A stretch of 64,000 nt of DNA from Chrysomallon squamiferum. Lineage: Eukaryota; Animalia; Mollusca. Below, piece after piece: positions 57,955 through 64,000 of this stretch. The notes under the pieces were generated by a model, which had not been told where the DNA came from, made no database searches, and saw nothing but the letters and a program-made list of their open reading frames with translations. The first letter of the stretch is position 1. Every line of letters starts with the position of its first letter. The stretch is from assembly GCA_012295275.1 (NCBI GenBank), contig CM022665.1, positions 7,192,001 to 7,256,000 on the forward strand. The letters run 5' to 3'. A program made the position numbers and the translations under genes.

Positions 57955-60227
57955 ATATATATATTAAAATTGATGAATCACAGAATATGAACATCAGCAA
58001 GCTTTTTATTGTCTTCAGGGATTATATTTATAGACTACCAAAGCTTTCATGTATTATTATCTGAAAATTTTGTCACTTGAAAATTGTCATTTTTAATGAA
58101 CAATATATAAAGGCGAAAGTCTGAATTTTAATAGTTAAAGAGGATACGAGAGAAGTATTAATTACAGTATTCAGATTGTAACAAGACAATGCAACTAATT
58201 CTGGATAAAACCTTTTCATAGAATTTTCATTTATCTGATAACTTGAATTATTTCGACACCATGTTACAAATTTATGTTATGCAAACATATATATATAATT
58301 AGAAACATTGTTTCTTTATTGAATTTATCGTTATATTTAAAGAAGGTGTAAATTACATTTTCTTCTTTAAACAATATAATAAATTTTAATAATTAAAACG
58401 AAAAGAAGTTTATATTATTATTATTATTATTATTAGTTTAATTAATTTATTTATTTTCTGGTTTATTTATATAAAATGTTCTTACTCTTATTGATTTTCT
58501 TTATATTTTTTAAAATACGTTTTATTTATATCTTTTTCTTTTTTTTTAACCTATCAATCCAGGACTTCCATTTTGGAAATTTCAACCCAACATATTACAG
58601 ATATTTATTCAAAAAAAAAAAAAAAACCTGTTCTAGGGTTTCGGTGAAGTTCTTCGACGATTTAAAATAAATAATAATAATAATGTACATTGTATTTGAT
58701 GTTTAAAAAAAAAGAAGACGAAGAAAGAAACAGCAACTAAAAAGGTCCTTCAAATGACTTATCTTTCTATTGTTAAAAATAATAATAATAGAGAAATGTA
58801 TTTTTTTAAATAGAGGTTTCTTTTTTTTAGAAGCCGATCACATAAATGTAACCGACATGATGAAAAGTGTGTTAGTTTCTAGAACTATCAGAAATAGTTG
58901 TTTACATTGTATTAAATTTCTTTTGATTGTCAACAGATTATTATTTTGTTTCCTTCCAAAAGTAACATAATATCTTCTTGAGTCGAAGACCTCTGTCGAT
59001 TTTTTGAAGAAAAACTTAAATTAGAATATATTAATTCTGTACTTTTCTATACAATTTGTAATTATTCTTTTTTAAAAGTCTTTTTACGAAAAAGAATCTT
59101 GTAACCTTTGCAACTTTTAAATCACATACCTCTTTTTTTCTTTCCTTCTTCTTTTTTTTTTTTTTTTTTTTATAAAAAATACAACAAAGAAGATGTATCG
59201 CATTGCGGTGAGGTTTAGATTGTTATCTGATTCTAATCCGATATACACAAAGCATTTTGTCACAAATCTCCATCAAGTTTAAATAGTATCGAATTTGCTG
59301 TGCCACTCGGCACCAAGAACAACTTTTAAAAATAGTTCTGCTCGAGTATCATAATATTTTTAGTAAATATAATAAAATGTTATCATTATAATTAAAACAG
59401 TAATAACAGTCATAAATAGTGGTAATAATAATAATTATTATTAGTATTTTTTTTATTTATTTTATTTTTTTTTCATTACTGAAACTGGGTCCAATTACAG
59501 TTTACAGTTTCATAGAACAAGATTATGTTGAAGCAAAATATCGTTTTTATAATTGTGAGTAATTAAAAAAATGTTCCAGTTTAACGAAACCAGTGTGGTT
59601 ATTTTGTGTCAGAAAGTCTCATTGTTTTTTAAAAGAAACTTTAAAAATCATTAATTCTGAGGATATATTCATCATTATATGATGACTGTTATTATTATTA
59701 TTTTATATTTATTATTATTATTATTTTTTATTTATTTTTTGTTCTTCAGAATTGAAAAGTAAATATTTTATTACCTATTTTTATTTAATTTTGTAACATA
59801 AAATCTGACAAATTACAAGGTGCAATAATTTAAAATTTATCAAGTAGTAATATTTTCTAGCAGTTTGTATACTTGTTAGATGGTGTGAAAAATGAAGTAT
59901 TTGTTTGAAAATCTTGGTTACATTATAAAAATGTTTTTAATGTTGTGGTGCTATCGTTGAACGATGCTGTGCGTTTTATGTGCAGAACTAACTGTAAATG
60001 TGCTATGTTTGTAAATAATAGTAATATGTAAGATTTCACATGTGTATCTATTAATAGACATGTACAAAAATACACATTTCCGAAGTCTGTGATCAACCCC
60101 AAAAAAAGAGAGATAAACGTTTGCTCATGACCGAACTGCTGGTTTTTGTCTTTTTTTATTTGATGTTTTGTTTTTGTTTGTTCTTTTGTTCATATATTCG
60201 CAATCCTTTTATTTGTTTTTGTGTGTG

Positions 60228-60230
<3 letters not shown>

Positions 60231-60312
<82 letters not shown>
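60231..60312. repeat. (GA)n microsatellite
   Basis: Direct reading. (CA)n tracts also at about 20304-20335, 55747-55790 and 62938-62983. Confidence 0.95.
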
Positions 60313-60315
<3 letters not shown>

Positions 60316-62459
60316 TGAATGACAAATTATTATTTTATTTAGTTTGAATATAATTCTTTTTTCTTAAAACAGTTTTAATTATCGGTATTCCCATACATAG
60401 TACCATAGTTTCTTACAAACTTTTAAATGGTTGCTTTTATATAAATCTACAAGGTATCTCAAGATAGGACATTAAATGAAAACTTAAATCTTTAAAGACA
60501 CAATTTCTAATGTTATTAAAAAAAACCTAAAATTTAATTCATTACTTTTGTGTTTGAATTCAGTAGCTGATAACTTACAGCAATATTAAAAACAGGTTTT
60601 ATCTGAATAATAATTGCACCTAATAATTGTTATTTCGTAGAATGAAAGTCAGTCTGAATGATCATTCAAATCTTTACATTTTCTGAGTTTGTCCAAGAAA
60701 AGTTTTACATGAAAACTAAAGTTCGTAGAAAAAAAATATCTGATATTCGGTAACGGAAGCTATTTTAAAAATGGCCAACTATTAAGAATGCCTCTGCCAA
60801 AACATATAATAACACAATTTCACTGTTTTTATCCCAAACCAAAGTTAAAGATGTGTTGAAAAAAAGTCTTTCTTGATACGATGTTGACATTCAACAAAGT
60901 GAACGAGCCTGGCCAAATCCCAGCCGGGTCGAGCAAAGCTTCAAAGACGACAAACAACGTCAATACAGACCTTTGCGACTGTCAATATTGACATCGATCG
61001 GTGCTGAGACAATGGTAAACAAGACTCGTCTCATCCCTAACGCCCGACAGGACGTTCTTCTCCTGCTCGCCTCCGCAACGACCCTCTCTGTCTATAGGCA
61101 TGCTACATTCACGAGCAACTCGGCAAAATACAAACCCTCTTCAAATGACATAATCGTGTGTTGTGCAGCCGTAGTTATTTGTGATATTTTACAAACACGT
61201 CGCAAGGTGTTTTAAAATTGTTTGACTTTCCGTGCCACTATTCGGAACTGAGTGTCACTACAAACAGGTCACACAGGCAGCCACATTGTAGTCATTGATT
61301 CGTCGTCAGTACAGTTAAAAATGTTAAAGGTTCTTAATACCGAAAGGTTTAGTGCTGTCGTGTATTAAGTATTATAACTGAAATCAGTAGTAACGTAATT
61401 GTATATTCAAAATGCTTAAAATAATTATATTTTTGATTCATTTTCTTGTTTTCGTATCAGCAGGGAAATTTAAATGCTCAGAACGAAATTTTTAAGAAAA
61501 TATGTTTGAAAATTGCACAAACAACACAGTGAATTCAAATATCCTGAGGGTGTCATCGACAGAGATGATTATAAATTGTTCAGCATCAACAGCCCAATTT
61601 AGACATAGCATTTGCAGTTTTCTTTAAAAATATTACCATTAAGAGAAAATTAAAGATACTGAAAGTCACGTTAACGATATTAATTATGTGTATATTTGTG
61701 TGTGTGTTTAAGTGCATGCATTTTCTGATTTATTTGGCATTAACATAAAACACATTGCTGCCTGCAGTATTTAGGAATGGTTAATCAGGTGCAGCTAATA
61801 CTAAAACGATAGAGGGCGTCCTTATACAACTGACTTCCGGATATTCCTTTAGCAGACTAAAATGTTCCCGTTACATCCATTTACTCCAAAGTTTTATTAG
61901 AGGTTTTTTTTTTTTTTTTTTTTTTTTTATAAAAATAAAGTTTATACATGTGAAATTAATTTTAAAAATCACATTCAAAATTGAAAGATTCGCTGTTATT
62001 TTCCATTTATCGTAATAAAAACACTGACAGTTACCATTTTTAGCATAAATGTGAAACGAAAGAACCAAAAAATAAATAAATAAATAAAAATAAATACAAA
62101 AATAAATTAAAGTAAATAAATAAATAAAATTATATATTTTTATAAATTCCATAATTAGGCATTTATTCCGATATAATAATAATAATTATTATTATTATTT
62201 TAAAATTCATAATTGTACTATATTATTAATTGAAAGAATGAACAAATTTGTCTTCATTCCAAACAGAACAAAATTAAAAAAGCCTTAAAATGTGCGTTCT
62301 TGGTGAACATCATTTACCTGCTTGCAGAAAAATCAAAGTCGCCCTTATAATAAATTGTTTTAATTTTTTGTTTTGGATATTTTTTTTATTTTACTCTTAA
62401 TTTTTTTTTTTTTTTATAATCGCCTCAGATGCATTGTCCATTGCTTGAAATACTAGTTA

Positions 62460-62739
62460 AAAGTACTTTACAAACATCAGTGGACGCTTTCAATAACAGA
62501 CAAAAGTTGAATTAAGGAAGTTCGGAACTAAACTGTGAAATAACTGAAAGGTAAGTCTTTACGTGTATTCAGTGGGTCAAAACGATAATGCTTCTAATGT
62601 TACTTTTTACGATGAAATCAGTTTAAAACGGCCATAATAAAAACTTTAAAAAATAATAAAATAAAATTATATTGTTATATAGTAAAAGATTAAGAAGTAA
62701 AATAAACAAACCTTTTAAACGAATTTTGAAAGTCTGCAA

Positions 62740-62787
<48 letters not shown>

Positions 62788-62935
62788 CAAATAAATAAAT
62801 AAATACAAACGGATACGAGAAAAAGTACAATAAAATAAAATAATAAAAGTTTAACTAATTTAAAAAAAAAAAAGGTAATTTTTGTCTTTATTATATGATG
62901 AAGGTTTTAAAACCATATCTACGAATGTTCGCTCG

Positions 62936-62984
<49 letters not shown>

Positions 62985-63646
62985 CTAAGCGATTGTTCAA
63001 ATAATGGTATTAAATTAAAATTGTTACATCCATAACTTGTTTTGCGCTTTATTATTCATTAATTTGGGCAACCGTACGAATTTCACAAACAGAATCAAAA
63101 ACGTATTGTGAAAAGAAGAGCTGTTATCATAATTTAAATTATTAATTTTTTATATTTCAGCCAGACGGTGCGCACATGTGTATGTGTGTGTTTGTTAAAA
63201 AAAAAAAAAAAAAAACTCTTTCACAAATACTCAAATGACACAAAACAGATCACAGTTTCTGTTCATGTAACGCCTGTTAGTTGAAGAGATTTTTTAAAAA
63301 AATTTTTTTTTTTTTTTTTTTTTTGGACAGGGCGTCTGTCTGAACAATATCAGTAACACACGGAAAGAATCCATTGAATTCTTCATCCAAAGTTTGTGTA
63401 ATGACGGCTCCTGGACGGCCATAGGAAGCCATACCAGCGACGCTATAAATGTCGGCGTTTTAAGCGAATTTATTCGTTTTGTCACGAGTACGTGTAAAAC
63501 AAACCCAGATCTCTGTCATACGAGAAGGTGTTCGTTCAGTCAGTGCCAGCATGAACTGTTCATCAATGAAAAGAGCACAATGTGTTTTTACCTGCTGGTA
63601 CTAACTTCTCAATGACTACGTAGAATGTCGACAGGTGTAGATTCAG
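62460..63646 (+). other. Possible 5' exons of an unidentified gene extending beyond the window
   Basis: Strong donor AAG|GTAAGT at 62551; poly-T then GGACAG acceptor at 63329-63330, followed by a GC-richer block open to 63615; ATG at 63625 then AG|GTAGAA; ETS-like ACTTCCGG near 61833. Confidence 0.3.
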
Positions 63647-63758
63647 GTAGAAATCTGACGTACTGCCCAGTGCAAGGTTCGGACAGATATTTATGTTTTT
63701 TAATCGTTGTCACCTTCATGTTCACACTTGACTTTCTTCATACTTTTCGTTTCCTGTC

Positions 63759-63806
<48 letters not shown>

Positions 63807-63957
63807 GTCGTCATTATATTTACACTATCACTGTTGTTTTTGTAGTTAATATTATTATTATTACTGTTGTTTTTGTTGTTATCACTGTTTTTATAGTTAT
63901 TATTACTGCTATTTTTGTTATTGTTACAGCTGTTGTTATTACCACTAACTGAATGAC

Positions 63958-63998
<41 letters not shown>

Positions 63999-64000
63999 AG

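Overview
AT-rich, microsatellite-rich animal genomic DNA with spliceosomal introns; an invertebrate, possibly a mollusc or other lophotrochozoan (inference only). I reconstructed six protein-coding genes by hand with phase-consistent splice sites: (1) a 10-exon YeeE/YedE (TsuA/PmpAB-like) sulfur-compound/thiosulfate transporter, minus strand, about 394 aa; (2) BRF1 (TFIIIB subunit), 18 coding exons, minus strand, about 683 aa, with a U12-type AT-AC intron; (3) a BTBD3/6-type BTB-BACK-PHR gene nested antisense in a BRF1 intron; (4) a kelch-like BTB-BACK-Kelch gene head-to-head with BRF1; (5) mitochondrial ABCB10, 12 exons; (6) a GPR75-like orphan GPCR broken by a single extra base in TM4. Introns hold a decayed LINE split by a TA-flanked MITE, hAT-, MULE- and pogo-like MITEs, and a tRNA-like fragment. 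Best leads: the intact intron-rich animal YeeE/YedE transporter, the invertebrate GPR75-like receptor, and the apparently ancient BRF1/BTBD6 nesting. No database searches were run; family assignments come from recognising motifs.
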